A DNA stretch of 63,964 nucleotides, filler included, from Octopus bimaculoides (lineage: Eukaryota), in assembly GCF_001194135.2 (NCBI RefSeq). It is 4 parts of 4 records of this genome, joined end to end, with 100 filler letters (N's around TTAATTAATTAA, not from the genome) between each part and the next. Parts side by side here need not be neighbours in the genome. Positions count along the whole stretch, not along the records: positions 61,733 to 63,964 come from NW_026310614.1; 3 more parts are not named here. The stretch is one strand, 5' to 3'. Below the pieces are notes generated by a model. The model was not told where the DNA came from. It saw only the letters and a program-made list of their open reading frames with translations, and did not search any database. Position numbers and translations under genes: made by a program. The number at the start of each line of letters is the position of its first letter. Position 1 is the stretch's first letter. This document shows, one piece after another, positions 61,733-63,964 of this stretch.

Positions 61733-63921
61733 GGTTTTGTGTGTGCGCATACACACACACACACACACACATAAATATATTTATATATACACACACATGC
61801 ATATGTGTATGTGTATATATACATATATATATATACATATATATATATACATATATANNNNNNNNNNNNNNNNNNNNNNNNNNNNNNNNNNNNNNNNNNN
61901 NNNNNNNNNNNNNNNNNNNNNNNNNNNNNNNNNNNNNNNNNNNNNNNNNNNNNNNNNNNNNNNNNNNNNNNNNNNNNNNNNNNNNNNATGGAAAGCGGAC
62001 GTTAAACGACGACGATGATGATGATGATGATGATACACATACACATAAAAATAACAGAGACAACAAAGTGAATAATTGACAACCAATCCATTTTATTTTG
62101 CTGACNNNNNNNNNNNNNNNNNNNNNNNNNNNNNNNNNNNNNNNNNNNNNNNNNNNNNNNNNNNNNNNNNNNNNNNNNNNNNNNNNNNNNNNNNNNNNNN
62201 NNNNNNNNNNNNNNNNNNNNNNNNNNNNNNNNNNNNNNNNNNNNNNNNNNNNNNNNNNNNNNNNNNNNNNNNNNNNNNNNNNNNNNNNNNNNNNNNNNNN
62301 NNNNNNNNNNNNNNNNNNNNNNNNNNNNNNNNNNNNNNNNNNNNNNNNNNNNNNNNNNNNNNNNNNNNNNNNNNNNNNNNNNNNNNNNNNNNNNNNNNNN
62401 NNNNNNNNNNNNNNNNNNNNNNNNNNNNNNNNNNNNNNNNNNNNNNNNNNNNNNNNNNNNNNNNNNNNNNNNNNNNNNNNNNNNNNNNNNNNNNNNNNNN
62501 NNNNNNNNNNNNNNNNNNNNNNNNNNNNNNNNNNNNNNNNNNNNNNNNNNNNNNNNNNNNNNNNNNNNNNNNNNNNNNNNNNNNNNNNNNNNNNNNNNNN
62601 NNNNNNNNNNNNNNNNNNNNNNNNNNNNNNNNNNNNNNNNNNNNNNNNNNNNNNNNNNNNNNNNNNNNNNNNNNNNNNNNNNNNNNNNNNNNNNNNNNNN
62701 NNNNNNNNNNNNNNNNNNNNNNNNNNNNNNNNNNNNNNNNNNNNNNNNNNNNNNNNNNNNNNNNNNNNNNNNNNNNNNNNNNNNNNNNNNNNNNNNNNNN
62801 NNNNNNNNNNNNNNNNNNNNNNNNNNNNNNNNNNNNNNNNNNNNNNNNNNNNNNNNNNNNNNNNNNNNNNNNNNNNNNNNNNNNNNNNNNNNNNNNNNNN
62901 NNNNNNNNNNNNNNNNNNNNNNNNNNNNNNNNNNNNNNNNNNNNNNNNNNNNNNNNNNNNNNNNNNNNNNNNNNNNNNNNNNNNNNNNNNNNNNNNNNNN
63001 NNNNNNNNNNNNNNNNNNNNNNNNNNNNNNNNNNNNNNNNNNNNNNNNNNNNNNNNNNNNNNNNNNNNNNNNNNNNNNTATACCATAAAGGAAAAGTACA
63101 CCTACATCGTTACATGCTTTGTAACAGCATTTTAACTCCTATTTCTAGGAATGTAAATGTTGTTCACACCCTTAGCCAAGTTTAGTTGACAATTATGTGT
63201 GTGTGTGCGTATACATATATATACATATTTATATACACAACCACTGGACATTTTTGCTGTTGATGAAATTTTAACCATAGATAATAGACACAAATGAAGT
63301 AATATTTCAAAAAAAGCAACAGGATATCCAGGGGTGATGCAGTAACAACTGTTTCAAGCAGCTCCATTTAATTGAACAATGCAATCATTTACATCAACTT
63401 AAATGCAGGGCTATCCTCAGTTGCATAAATAAATAAATAGAATTTTTTTTAATCAGTCGGACACATTTACTCTTTACTTGTTTCAGTCATTTGACTGCGG
63501 TTAAAGGATAAAAGAAACTAACTCTTAGTTGTAGGAGTGAGATGTTTCACTATTTGATCCCCCCGCCACCTCATCCTCTAACCTCCTTCATCACTATAAA
63601 TCTTCGTTACCCACCTACCCACACGTGACATTGTGTTATTTTCTTCTCTAATACTACCAAACTGAACAAACAAATTCGTTTTATGACCAGCAAGGGTCAT
63701 AGAATCATGGAGGTGTACACCTCGTTGTCTTTTGAATGTTTTTGAATGTAGTTCATGCATTCACCTTATGAAAACGGTTTTATCTAATAATGATGTAATG
63801 TCTCGATTAAATCAATTAAAAATCAGTTGGAAACAGCTCTAGTGAACTGATACATTATCATTATGTTGTTATATACATATATATACACACACACACATAA
63901 ACACATATTCATCAATAATAA

Positions 63922-63964
<43 letters not shown>

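Noticed and set aside
61677-63185. Long ORFs of 200-470 aa
   Set aside because: They are open only because they run through N-gaps; the same applies near 3.2, 20.7, 36, 37.3, 38.4 and 46 kb.

Overview
AT-rich eukaryotic (animal) DNA made up almost entirely of transposon remnants and microsatellites. I can support no intact host protein-coding gene, tRNA, rRNA or CRISPR array. From recall, the SINE families and repeat landscape look like an Octopus-type cephalopod genome; this is an inference, not a database hit. Three identical 100-bp spacers (44 N + TTAATTAATTAA + 44 N, near 27.2, 47.5 and 61.7 kb) are synthetic joins, so the window is four separately assembled pieces. Content: about 45 copies or fragments of four SINE families (A-D, my labels); two copies of a CR1/L2-group LINE; several R4/Dong-like fragments tied to (TAA)n; a Tx1/L1 remnant; a probable RTE-like remnant; Penelope-type ends; a Ty3/Gypsy remnant; mariner, maT-like and Merlin transposase remnants; and several MITEs. 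Strongest observations: (1) both LINE copies end in the same 3' tail as SINE family A, giving a LINE-SINE partner pair visible within the window; (2) a nearly complete minimal type-I hammerhead ribozyme at 57244-57290 (-), plus variant hammerhead-like motifs; (3) a near-perfect 204-bp inverted copy of nearby DNA inside a nested SINE; (4) a Merlin derivative whose two ends are both right ends; (5) a perfect (TTAGGG)8 capping a truncated SINE; (6) a ~555-bp non-coding element embedded in (TTA)n, a possible passenger of TAA-targeting retrotransposons. All alignments were done by eye, and repeat boundaries are approximate unless stated.
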